A stretch of 64,000 bases of DNA from an uncultured Lachnospiraceae bacterium (GTDB taxonomy: Bacteria > Bacillota > Clostridia > Christensenellales > UBA1242). A model generated the notes under the pieces. That model saw only the letters and a program-made list of their open reading frames with translations. It was not told the DNA's origin and did no database searches. Positions 9,565 through 18,019 of the stretch are shown here, one piece after another. The translations under genes and the position numbers were made by a program. How positions within the stretch are numbered: the stretch's first letter is position 1; the number at the start of each line of letters is the position of its first letter. The stretch spans positions 1,607 through 65,606 of the forward strand of contig CAZQMZ010000002.1 in assembly GCA_964594865.1 (NCBI GenBank). The letters run 5' to 3'.

Positions 9565-10335
9565 ATGTGGGAGTTTTGCATCTGTGTCGATTCGCTAAAT
9601 CTTGAAATTTCAAAATTTATATATCAAACCTTGAAAAGACAGACAGAAAAACTTGGAAGTGTTGTGACGTGCTATCAAGAATTCAACAGTTTTTATATCC
9701 TTTTTGGTTGTCCTGTTGAAGAACAATCTCGTGCAAAGGTGTTGATTGAAAGATGTGTGATCAATGTTATATGCAATTTCTATAAAGAAGATTATCTTGC
9801 GAAAAATTTGAGACTGCCATTGCATGAAAATATGAGCATGACAGCATTCAAGAAAGCGCTGATCAATTTTGACAAGGAAACTGATTTTTATATCATAAGC
9901 AAAAACTTGGAACTTGAAAAAAATTTGCATTTAGATTCGTTCTATTTTTTCAAGTTGAAGTCGCTTCGTGATAAGTGGGCAGAACTTATCACTCTTGCAA
10001 ACGAAAACAGTGACTATCTTGGAAGTACGGATGCTTTTTTTGACTTAATTAAATTTTTGATTGACAATCTGGAAATTTGCGAAGAAGAAATCGATGTCTT
10101 TGAAGACGAAAATGGCTATCATTTAAGTCCGGAAAGTGAAAACTATCCACGAGAAATTTTGTCAAAAGAAGGACTTGTGTCTTCATTGATTGAACTCTGT
10201 CCAAAAAAAATCAATCTATTTTGTCAAAATGATGACAAGACAGCAAATTTTTTATCTAAAATTTTTGATGAAAGAATCAACATCTATTACAACAAAAATG
10301 TTGAAAAAGTGAATAATTTTGGTCTTTTTAAATAA
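9565..10335 (+). CDS. YtxC-like protein (putative sporulation protein)
   Basis: Size and position immediately upstream of the thrS T-box, as for ytxC-thrS in Bacillus. SD TAAGGAG precedes ATG 9565. No strong motif recognised. Confidence 0.45.
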   Translation: MWEFCICVDSLNLEISKFIYQTLKRQTEKLGSVVTCYQEFNSFYILFGCPVEEQSRAKVLIERCVINVICNFYKEDYLAKNLRLPLHENMSMTAFKKALINFDKETDFYIISKNLELEKNLHLDSFYFFKLKSLRDKWAELITLANENSDYLGSTDAFFDLIKFLIDNLEICEEEIDVFEDENGYHLSPESENYPREILSKEGLVSSLIELCPKKINLFCQNDDKTANFLSKIFDERINIYYNKNVEKVNNFGLFK

Positions 10336-10454
10336 GAAGAAATGATAAAAATGCGAAAAACATCAAAAAAAACGTAAAAAAAACAAAAAAAATCGCAAAA
10401 AAATGCGAAAAATGTCAAAAAAAATAAAAAAAAGACCAATTGGTCTTTCAAAGA

Positions 10455-10664
10455 TTAAAAAACCCTGCCACTTTCATTTGGTTCTTTAATCAAACCTGTG
10501 AGATATCCTTTAAATTCTGGATCTTTAACTTCTTCCAAAACTTCTTTGTGGTTATTCAAAAGAAATTCCATAAGTTTTGTGTGTTCACTTCCTGAAAGGA
10601 TGCGGAGAACATCGAGAGTTGAAGAAGCTTCTTTTTTAAGGACTGGTTCGATTGTTTTTTCCAT
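10455..10664 (-). CDS. hypothetical small protein (69 aa)
   Basis: Strong SD AAAGGAGAG upstream on the minus strand. A hairpin terminator (AAGACCAATTGGTCTT) follows the stop. Confidence 0.5.
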   Translation of the reverse strand: MEKTIEPVLKKEASSTLDVLRILSGSEHTKLMEFLLNNHKEVLEEVKDPEFKGYLTGLIKEPNESGRVF

Positions 10665-10879
10665 TTTTTCTCTCCTTTTAAATTTGTTTTATGTCAATAT
10701 GTTTTTGAATGTGAATGTTATCATTTATACTTCATTTTGCTTGAAAGTATTCCTTGCATATCTTCACATTTTTTTGACCTCGAAGAGTTTATCATATATA
10801 TCTGCGTTTGTCAATAGGAAATGTGAAAAAATATGTCTAATTTTGTTGTTTTTATATTTTTGTTTTTTTGTCAATATTC

Positions 10880-10908
10880 TTGACAAGAAAAAAAAATTGT
10901 ATTATAAT
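10880..10908 (+). promoter_or_regulatory. sigma-A type promoter of the thrS leader
   Basis: TTGACA (10880-10885), 17 nt, TATAAT (10903-10908). Confidence 0.8.
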
Positions 10909-10911
10909 GAT

Positions 10912-11137
10912 TTTGTGTTTAGTGAAAGACAAGTAGCGTCCATACAAGTGCACAGAGAAGGGTTGGTTGGTGAAAAACCTTGACGGAATGGAAAGAGCGA
11001 AACCACTTTTGCGCGAATGAAAACATTCAAAACATAAATTCAAAGAGTGGCAACAGTTGTTGCAATTAAGGTGGAACCGCGGTTTGATAAATCGTCCTTA
11101 AACAAAGATTTCTTGTTTTGGGCGATTTTTTGTTTTT
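10912..11137 (+). promoter_or_regulatory. T-box riboswitch leader, threonine specifier
   Basis: AGAGA box, candidate specifier GAA-ACC-A (ACC at 11002-11004), conserved T-box AATTAAGGTGGAACCGCGG (11064-11082). Terminator stem TCGTCC..GGGCGA plus T run (11092-11137). Confidence 0.85.
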
Positions 11138-11179
11138 GAAAATCGACAAGAAATCAATAACATTGAAATGGAGGCTGTT

Positions 11180-12916
11180 ATGAAAGACAAAGAAAAAGAT
11201 GAAAAATTGCACACCGCAAGACATTCTCTTGCGCACATTTTGGCAAAGGCATTGATGGAACTTTATCCAAAAACCAAACTGACCATTGGTCCAGCCATTG
11301 AAGATGGTTTCTATTATGACATCGACACAGATGTTCAACTGACGCCAGAGCATTTTGCGAACATTGAGAAGAAGATGAAGGAAATCATAAACAAGGGTGA
11401 ACCTTTCACAAGAAAAGAAGTTTCTCGCGATCAGGCACTCAAACTTTTTGCGGGGAATGAATATAAGACAGAAATCATCAAAGAACTTCCAAAGGACGCT
11501 GTGATTTCCATTTATTACACCGGCGACGACTTTTTTGATTTGTGTTCTGGACCGCATGTTGAGAGCAGTCGAAATTTGCAAAACTATGCTTTCAAAATTC
11601 ATGCAGTGAACGGGGCGTATTGGCGCGGAAACGAGAAGAACAAGATGTTGCAACGCGTCTATGCCTATGCTTATCCTGACAAAAAACAACTTCAAGAGCA
11701 CATCAATATGCTGGAAGAAGCGAAGAAGCGGGATAACAGAAAGTTGGGAAAGGAACTTAAACTCTACATGCTTTCTCCAGAAGGACCGGGCTTTCCATTC
11801 TTCCTTCCAAACGGAATGATTGTTCGAAACCTTTTGATTGACTATTGGCGCGAACTGCACATCAAGGCGGGATATCACGAAATTTCCACACCAATCATGC
11901 TTTCGAGACACCTTTGGGAAACTTCGGGGCATTGGGACCACTATAAAGAAAATATGTATACAACCAAAATTGACGATGTCGATTTTGCTATAAAACCTAT
12001 GAACTGTCCAGGTGGTGTGCTGATTTATAAAAACAGTCCACATTCTTATCGCGACTTGCCACTTCGTCTTGGCGAACTCGGTTTGGTGCACAGACATGAA
12101 AAATCGGGCGAACTTGGCGGACTTATGCGTGTTCGTTGCTTCACACAAGACGATGCACACATCTTCATGACGCCAGAGCAAATTCGTGGTGAAATCAAAA
12201 ATGTGGTGGCATTGATTGACCAAGTGTATAAGACTTTCAATTTCAAATTTCATGTCGAACTTTCCACTCGTCCAGAAAACAGTATTGGAAGTGACGAAGA
12301 TTGGGAAATGGCAACAAACGCTTTGAGAAATGCACTTGATGATTTGAAACTTGATTATGTTGTCAACGAAGGCGACGGAGCCTTCTATGGTCCAAAAATT
12401 GACTTCCACTTGACAGATGCCATTGGAAGAACTTGGCAGTGCGGAACAATTCAACTTGATTTTCAACTTCCACAACGTTTTGAATTGGAATATACAGGCG
12501 AAGATGGAGAAAAACATCGTCCAATCATGATTCACCGCGTGGTTTATGGTTCAATTGAAAGATTTATGGGAATTTTGATTGAGCATTTTGCTGGTGCGTT
12601 TCCACTTTGGCTTTCGCCGGTGCAGGTTAAGGTGCTTTCGCTCACAGACAGAAACAACGACTATGCGTCAAAGGTTTATCAAACTTTGCGCGACCGTGGT
12701 TTGCGCGCAGAACTTGACGACCGCAACGAAAAGATTGGATATAAAATTCGTGAGGCGCTTTCAATGAAAATTCCATATCTCATCATCGTCGGCGATGAAG
12801 AAGAGAAAAACTCGACAATTTCCATTCGTGGACGTGGGTTTGAAAATAAGAGCGGACTTAAACTTGATGACTTCATTTCAAGACTGAATGAAGAGATAAA
12901 AGACAAAAAAATCTAA
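11180..12916 (+). CDS. thrS: threonine--tRNA ligase (lacks the N-terminal TGS domain)
   Basis: Class II motifs, editing-domain HxxxH (TARHSLAHIL) near the N-terminus, C-terminal anticodon-binding domain. GGAGG lies 5 nt before ATG 11180. Confidence 0.95.
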   Translation: MKDKEKDEKLHTARHSLAHILAKALMELYPKTKLTIGPAIEDGFYYDIDTDVQLTPEHFANIEKKMKEIINKGEPFTRKEVSRDQALKLFAGNEYKTEIIKELPKDAVISIYYTGDDFFDLCSGPHVESSRNLQNYAFKIHAVNGAYWRGNEKNKMLQRVYAYAYPDKKQLQEHINMLEEAKKRDNRKLGKELKLYMLSPEGPGFPFFLPNGMIVRNLLIDYWRELHIKAGYHEISTPIMLSRHLWETSGHWDHYKENMYTTKIDDVDFAIKPMNCPGGVLIYKNSPHSYRDLPLRLGELGLVHRHEKSGELGGLMRVRCFTQDDAHIFMTPEQIRGEIKNVVALIDQVYKTFNFKFHVELSTRPENSIGSDEDWEMATNALRNALDDLKLDYVVNEGDGAFYGPKIDFHLTDAIGRTWQCGTIQLDFQLPQRFELEYTGEDGEKHRPIMIHRVVYGSIERFMGILIEHFAGAFPLWLSPVQVKVLSLTDRNNDYASKVYQTLRDRGLRAELDDRNEKIGYKIREALSMKIPYLIIVGDEEEKNSTISIRGRGFENKSGLKLDDFISRLNEEIKDKKI

Positions 12917-12992
12917 ATTTTTCAAAAAAGTATTGATTTTTTGTTTGCATTGTGGCATAATCTGTGATAGAATGTGAAGGAGTGCAAAAGAT

Positions 12993-13067
12993 ATGGGCAT
13001 TGATGAGCTGATTTTGCCATTGGGAGTTGTGTTTTTTGTTTGCTTTTTTGGATTTTTCTTTAAGTAA
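12993..13067 (+). CDS. candidate 24-aa hydrophobic micropeptide (MGIDELILPLGVVFFVCFFGFFFK)
   Basis: SD GAAGGAG with about 8-nt spacing. Upstream promoter-like TTGATT-17-CATAAT with TG. Sits directly upstream of yajC. Confidence 0.35.
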   Translation: MGIDELILPLGVVFFVCFFGFFFK

Positions 13068-13113
13068 AACATGAAATCAATTCCAAAAAAAATGATTTTA
13101 AAGAGGTGATACT

Positions 13114-13635
13114 ATGACAAGTATGTTGCTTGCTGACACAAACAGTATTTGGAGCTGGGTTTTGATTGTGATTGTTGTTCTTCTTTTGATTGCTCTTCCA
13201 ATCATGATGAACGCAAGAAACAAGCGTGAAACTCAAAAGATTCAAGAACAAACAAACTCGCTTAAGGTTGGCGACAAGATTTTGACGACGAGCGGTGTGT
13301 ATGGAACAATCACCGAACTTCAATTTGACGACTCCAAAAAAGTTGTTGTTATTGAAACTGGTGGAAAGACAAAAAGCTATATGACAGTTGATGCATATGC
13401 AATCTACACTGTTTTCAAGAGCGAAGCCGAACTTAAACGTGAAGCAGAAGCAAAGGCGGAAGCGGAAAGAGCAAGATTGGCAGAGGAAGAAGCAAAAAGA
13501 GAGGCAAAGAAAAACAAGAAAAAGAAGGTGGTTGAAGAAACTTCAAACGAAAGCACTGCAAGTGAACCTGTTGTTGAAGAAGTGAAGGAAGAAGTTGCAG
13601 AGAAAAAGACTTCCAAAAAATCTAAAAAAGACTAA
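13114..13635 (+). CDS. yajC: preprotein translocase subunit YajC with a long Lys/Glu-rich tail
   Basis: One N-terminal TM segment and VGDKILTTSGVYGTITEL YajC core. Followed by secD/secF. Confidence 0.85.
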   Translation: MTSMLLADTNSIWSWVLIVIVVLLLIALPIMMNARNKRETQKIQEQTNSLKVGDKILTTSGVYGTITELQFDDSKKVVVIETGGKTKSYMTVDAYAIYTVFKSEAELKREAEAKAEAERARLAEEEAKREAKKNKKKKVVEETSNESTASEPVVEEVKEEVAEKKTSKKSKKD

Positions 13636-13640
13636 TTTCA

Positions 13641-13675
13641 AAACAGACCATGTTTTCATGGTTTGTTTTTTTTGT
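13641..13675 (+). terminator. intrinsic terminator after yajC
   Basis: 12-bp stem AAACAGACCATG / CATGGTTTGTTT, loop TTTT, then T run. Confidence 0.85.
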
Positions 13676-13748
13676 TCTTAATTCAACCTTGTCCGCATAA
13701 AATGTTCTAAAATAAATTTTTGTTTGTTTTGCGGGGAGGGTGTCAATA

Positions 13749-14153
13749 ATGAAAGTGAGAGCACTTAAAAGTGAAAAGAAAGGCGGAAGTTTGTGGCTTT
13801 GTGTTGCAAAAGGTGTTGTTGCAGGTCTTTGTGTCGCTTTGGTGGGAATTTTGATTTTTGCTTTCATTTTGCGATTCACTTCCATATCTGACGATGTCAT
13901 CACACCGGTCAACCAAGTCATCAAGGGCGTTTCAATTTTCTTTGGCGTTTTTGTCGGTATGAAAAAACATAAGAGCAAAGGTCTTCTTTCTGGGTTTTTG
14001 ATTGGATTGTTTTTCACAATTTGCGCTTTTTTGGTCTTTTCTGTGCTGGATGGGGCATTCCAATTTGACCGCACACTTTTGAATGATATCATTTTTGGCA
14101 GTGTTATTGGTGGAATTTGTGGAATTATTTGTGTCAATTTGAAAAAAAATTAG
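13749..14153 (+). CDS. small multi-pass membrane protein (YrzE-like)
   Basis: Four predicted TM segments. SD GGGGAGGG lies 8 nt before ATG 13749. Confidence 0.55.
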   Translation: MKVRALKSEKKGGSLWLCVAKGVVAGLCVALVGILIFAFILRFTSISDDVITPVNQVIKGVSIFFGVFVGMKKHKSKGLLSGFLIGLFFTICAFLVFSVLDGAFQFDRTLLNDIIFGSVIGGICGIICVNLKKN

Positions 14154-14222
14154 ACTTTTTGTTTGACAATCGCCCCTTAATATATTAAAATATACGAGTA
14201 TTACATCTTTCAAGGGGAAACA

Positions 14223-15584
14223 ATGGCTAAATTAAATCGAAGCAAAAAAAATTCCATTCTCAACTTTGTTGCTGTTGTCGTTTTGACTGTCATTGGGTTG
14301 GTTTTGACCTTTTGCAGTTTTAATATTCCTTTCACATCTTCAATTTTCAAAGGCTTTGCAAACTCCATTTCTCTTGGAATGGATCTTGCTGGTGGTGAAG
14401 CTGTTGTTTATGAATGTGATGCAGACGACGACTTGGACTCGGCAATTGATGACACAATTGCAAAATTTTCTGATGTCATCAATGTGTTGAGCAATGAATA
14501 TTCTGAAACAGCAATCACAAAACAAGGGGACAACAAAATTCGAGTTGAAGTGTCAGCTGTGTCGATTGGCGAATCGGTGTTTGAGTTGTTGGGGAAAGAC
14601 GTTTATTTCACCGCAGAATCTGGCTCAGACGCAGAAGTCTATTTGACAGGAAGCGACATCAAAAATGTGGAAATTTCTTATTACAGCGGGTCCTATGTTG
14701 TTGTCATCAATTTCACAACTTCTGGACAAACCAATTTTCAAGAGTTGGCACAAGTTGTCAGTGATGACGACGAAGGAACTGACGAAGTTTACATCTATTT
14801 TGACGAAGTTGGCGGATCAAGCTACATCAACATTTCTTGCAGTGGCTATGATTTGACAGAAATGACTTCTTTCTCAATTTCGTATGACGATCAAGATGAC
14901 GCAAAAATTGTTGCGGCACGTCTTTTGAGTGGAAGATTTTCTGCATCCTTGACAATGGTGGAATATTCCACAATTTCTGCCACTCTTGGACCAAATGCTC
15001 TTCTTTTGATTATCATTGCAGGTGTTGTTGCCTTTGTTCTCACCATGCTTTTCCTTTGGTTGAGATATGGTGATTTTGGATTTTTGGGTTCTTTCGCATT
15101 GGTGATTTATGCTCTCTTGACAATCTTTTTCTTGCAAGCATTCTCTTTCGTCACACTCACACTTTCGGCTCTGGCGGGGGTTGTGCTTTCATTTGTCATT
15201 ACGGTGGCAGGAACAATTGTTATCTTCGAAAAAATTCGAGAAGAATATCGCACAGGAAAGAAAATTCCTCTTTCTGTTAAATCTGGTTTTAAAAATTCGT
15301 TCTGGTCAATCTTTGACGTCAATATTGCGTCCATCATCTTTGCTGTTTTCCTGCTGATCTTGGGCACACCTTCCATCCGTGGTTTTGCAATCACTCTCTT
15401 GATTGGTCTTGTTCTTTCGTTGTTCAACAATCTTGTTGTTTTGCGTTTCTTTGTGAAGTGGTATTTGCCTTTCAACAGCGTGAAATACAAAAAATTGCAC
15501 TTGCCAAAACAAGTTCGCGTTTTCAAGGGCGATGAAGAAATTGTTGTGGATGATTTAGGAGGACAAACAAATGAGCAAATATAA
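14223..15584 (+). CDS. secD: protein translocase subunit SecD
   Basis: N-terminal TM segment, periplasmic-type domain, C-terminal six-TM block. Overlaps secF. Confidence 0.85.
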   Translation: MAKLNRSKKNSILNFVAVVVLTVIGLVLTFCSFNIPFTSSIFKGFANSISLGMDLAGGEAVVYECDADDDLDSAIDDTIAKFSDVINVLSNEYSETAITKQGDNKIRVEVSAVSIGESVFELLGKDVYFTAESGSDAEVYLTGSDIKNVEISYYSGSYVVVINFTTSGQTNFQELAQVVSDDDEGTDEVYIYFDEVGGSSYINISCSGYDLTEMTSFSISYDDQDDAKIVAARLLSGRFSASLTMVEYSTISATLGPNALLLIIIAGVVAFVLTMLFLWLRYGDFGFLGSFALVIYALLTIFFLQAFSFVTLTLSALAGVVLSFVITVAGTIVIFEKIREEYRTGKKIPLSVKSGFKNSFWSIFDVNIASIIFAVFLLILGTPSIRGFAITLLIGLVLSLFNNLVVLRFFVKWYLPFNSVKYKKLHLPKQVRVFKGDEEIVVDDLGGQTNEQI

Positions 15585-16716
15585 AAAGAAAAACACGTTC
15601 TCTCTTGAAGGTTCAATTGAAAATTCAAACTTTGATTTTTGCAAAAATTTTAAGTGGTTTTTGATTCTTCCTTTGGTCATCATCGTTGTTGGTATTGTCC
15701 TTCTTTGCACTGTTGGATTCAATCTGGGATATGACTTCACCGGTGGCTCTGCCATCACGATTTTTGTTGATAGTGACGGTCAGTTCTCTGATCAGGCATA
15801 TGATGTTGATGAAGATTTTTCGGAAATCAAACAAATTATAAATTCTGTTTTGAAAAAACATGGACTTTCTGCTTCATCCATTCAAAAGATTGAGATCAGT
15901 GAAGAAAGCGATGAAAATGTCGATTTGAATCTTCTTGGCAAAGATGCCGTGATTGTGAAATATCAAAATGACATTTCGCTTGATGCTGATGAAATTGAAG
16001 CATTGAACGATGAAATTCGTTTGGAACTTTTGAAAGCATTTGGTTTTGTTTTGGATGACGACACACTTGAAAGCTTGGAAGGTCAGGATGTTTTGACACT
16101 TGTTTCAGAGGCCGAAATCACTTCTTCAAGTGTGACGACCGAGACCATCATGAGGTCGGTTGTGGCTTTCATTCTTGCGTTTATCTTTGTTTTGGCGTAT
16201 ATATGGTTGCGTTTTGACTTTGCTTGTTGCCTTTCTGCATTCTTGACATTCTTCCACGATTTCTTTGTCACAGTTGCACTTTTGTTGATTTGCCAAGTGC
16301 AAATCAATGTCAACTTCATAGTTGCGGTTGTTGCAGTTTTGGTCTATTCAATTCTCAACAACATCATCCTTTTCGATCGCATTAAAAATGAAATTGCTTT
16401 TCTCAACAATAACGAGAAAAAGATTGAAAACAATTCTGTTGCAAACATCGCTGTCAAAAACTCAACATTGCGCTTGATTTTGACAACTTTGATTGCAGTC
16501 GTTGTGGGCTTGATGTTTGTTGCCATTGGAGTTTCTGGCGTTCGCGAATTTGCCTTCCCAATCATAATTGGTTGTTTGGCAGCGTTCTATTCTTCCAATT
16601 TCATCACACCGGGGCTTTGGGCGATTGTTTATAAACCAAAAAAGAAGAAAAAACAAAACAAAAAGAAAAAATCAAAAGATGACACTGTTGTTTCAATTGA
16701 AAACGCTGTTGATTGA
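15571..16716 (+). CDS. secF: protein translocase subunit SecF
   Basis: SD TAGGAGG, SecF-type TM block, follows secD with a 14-nt overlap. Lys-rich tail. Confidence 0.85.
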   Translation: MSKYKKKNTFSLEGSIENSNFDFCKNFKWFLILPLVIIVVGIVLLCTVGFNLGYDFTGGSAITIFVDSDGQFSDQAYDVDEDFSEIKQIINSVLKKHGLSASSIQKIEISEESDENVDLNLLGKDAVIVKYQNDISLDADEIEALNDEIRLELLKAFGFVLDDDTLESLEGQDVLTLVSEAEITSSSVTTETIMRSVVAFILAFIFVLAYIWLRFDFACCLSAFLTFFHDFFVTVALLLICQVQINVNFIVAVVAVLVYSILNNIILFDRIKNEIAFLNNNEKKIENNSVANIAVKNSTLRLILTTLIAVVVGLMFVAIGVSGVREFAFPIIIGCLAAFYSSNFITPGLWAIVYKPKKKKKQNKKKKSKDDTVVSIENAVD

Positions 16717-16724
16717 TTAAAAAT

Positions 16725-16750
16725 ATGAAGTGGTGACACTTCATTTTTTA
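16725..16750. terminator. bidirectional terminator between secF and dinB
   Basis: ATGAAGTG / CACTTCAT stem, loop GTGA, flanked by an A run and a T run. Confidence 0.8.
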
Positions 16751-16754
16751 TTGC

Positions 16755-17954
16755 CTAGGTGTCGCGATGTCCTGTTTTGTTGATGAAAGATGCACTGTCG
16801 CTGGCGATGAAAATTTTGTCGTTGCCATATTTGTTTTTGATTTCTTGAATGCTGGAATTGAGCGAATTTGATTCTTGATTGAAAAAAGAAAGTTGTTCAA
16901 TCTTGTCAAGTTGGTGCAAAGTTGACATTCTCACGCGGATGGCACGGATTGGTTTGTCATATTTCCAAAACGAATCAATCAAGTTCATGGCTTGCTGTGA
17001 AATTTCTTCACTCGAACGTATTGGAGCAAGGGTGCGGGAGTGATGAAAACGTTCAAAATCGGCAGTTTTCAGCGTGACAGAAATGCAAGAACCTTCGAAA
17101 TTGCCATCATACATTCTTTGGGAAATCTTTTCGGACAGAAAAGTCACCACTTTGCTCACTTCTTCTCGCGTTTTCACATCAATAATGGTGGTTGTGCCAT
17201 TGCCTATACTTTTGGGCGGTGTGAGATTATAATAACATGCCACCGGTTCGAAAAACTCGTTTCGCAGTTTCAATCGAAGTTCAACGCCGGTTTTGCCCAT
17301 GACTTTCTTGACAAATTCTTCGGGCAAGTCAACAAAATCACCGATTGTCATTACGTTCATTTTCTCAAATTTTTTTGTAAGGCGTCCACCTATGCCTATT
17401 ATGGAGTTTAGGGGAAGGATATAAGTTTTTTCTTTAAAATCTTCCGCTGAAATTATTGTTGTGGCGTCCGGCTTCTTTAAATCGCTTCCAAGTTTGGCGA
17501 AAATTTTCGAAAATGAAACGCCAACCGACACCGTGAAGCCAAATTTTTCACGGACGCGTTGTCTAATTTCATCCGCAATCTCCTTTCCAGATTTTTGAAG
17601 ATATTTCAAACTTGCCGTCACATCCAACCAACATTCATCCAGACCTAGTGGTTCCACCAAGTCGGTGTATGAAAGATAAATTTGATGCAGTTCTTTGGAT
17701 ATTTTCTCATATAGGGCATAGTGTGGTGGAAGAGTGACGAGATTTGGACACTTTTGTTGTGCTTGCCATATGGCTTCGCCGGTCTTGACTCCGCACGCCT
17801 TGGCAATCTCGTTTTTCGCTAAAATGATTCCATTTCTCTTCTTTGGGTTGCCGGTGACAGCCACAGGTTTGTCTTTCAGTTCTCTTCGCTCGGCACACTC
17901 CACAGAAGCAAAAAAATTGTTGACATCAGAATGTAAAATTGTTCGCTCTTTCAT
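16755..17954 (-). CDS. dinB: DNA polymerase IV (Y-family)
   Basis: ILHSDVNNFFASVE N-terminus, LGLDECWLDVT catalytic motif, little-finger region. Confidence 0.9.
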   Translation of the reverse strand: MKERTILHSDVNNFFASVECAERRELKDKPVAVTGNPKKRNGIILAKNEIAKACGVKTGEAIWQAQQKCPNLVTLPPHYALYEKISKELHQIYLSYTDLVEPLGLDECWLDVTASLKYLQKSGKEIADEIRQRVREKFGFTVSVGVSFSKIFAKLGSDLKKPDATTIISAEDFKEKTYILPLNSIIGIGGRLTKKFEKMNVMTIGDFVDLPEEFVKKVMGKTGVELRLKLRNEFFEPVACYYNLTPPKSIGNGTTTIIDVKTREEVSKVVTFLSEKISQRMYDGNFEGSCISVTLKTADFERFHHSRTLAPIRSSEEISQQAMNLIDSFWKYDKPIRAIRVRMSTLHQLDKIEQLSFFNQESNSLNSSIQEIKNKYGNDKIFIASDSASFINKTGHRDT

Positions 17955-18019
17955 TTGCCTTTTTCAACCTTTTTTTGTTATAATCTCTTTATGGAATTGT
18001 TTCCATTTTGGGAGAGACT

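Noticed and set aside
10336-10440. Regularly spaced short motifs in A-rich intergenic DNA (also at 29113-29222 and 53760-53880), considered as a possible CRISPR-like or minisatellite array.
   Set aside because: There is no conserved repeat unit of 24-40 bp, no unique spacers and no cas genes. The periodicity is about 10 bp A-tract phasing, not a repeat-spacer architecture.
11066-12535. Very long antisense ORF (489 aa) inside thrS. Similar long antisense ORFs lie inside ligA (29739-30587), fusA (35160-35906), rluD (40701-41411), rimO (58054-58752), glmS (1290-1940) and tex.
   Set aside because: For the three I checked (thrS, ligA, fusA), the antisense ORF is in exact codon register opposite the sense gene. 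A stop on the antisense strand would then require a sense TTA, CTA or TCA codon, and these genes rarely use those codons. The translations are low-complexity (Phe/Ile/Asn/Cys-rich), have no SD or promoter, and overlap strongly supported genes. They are shadow ORFs.
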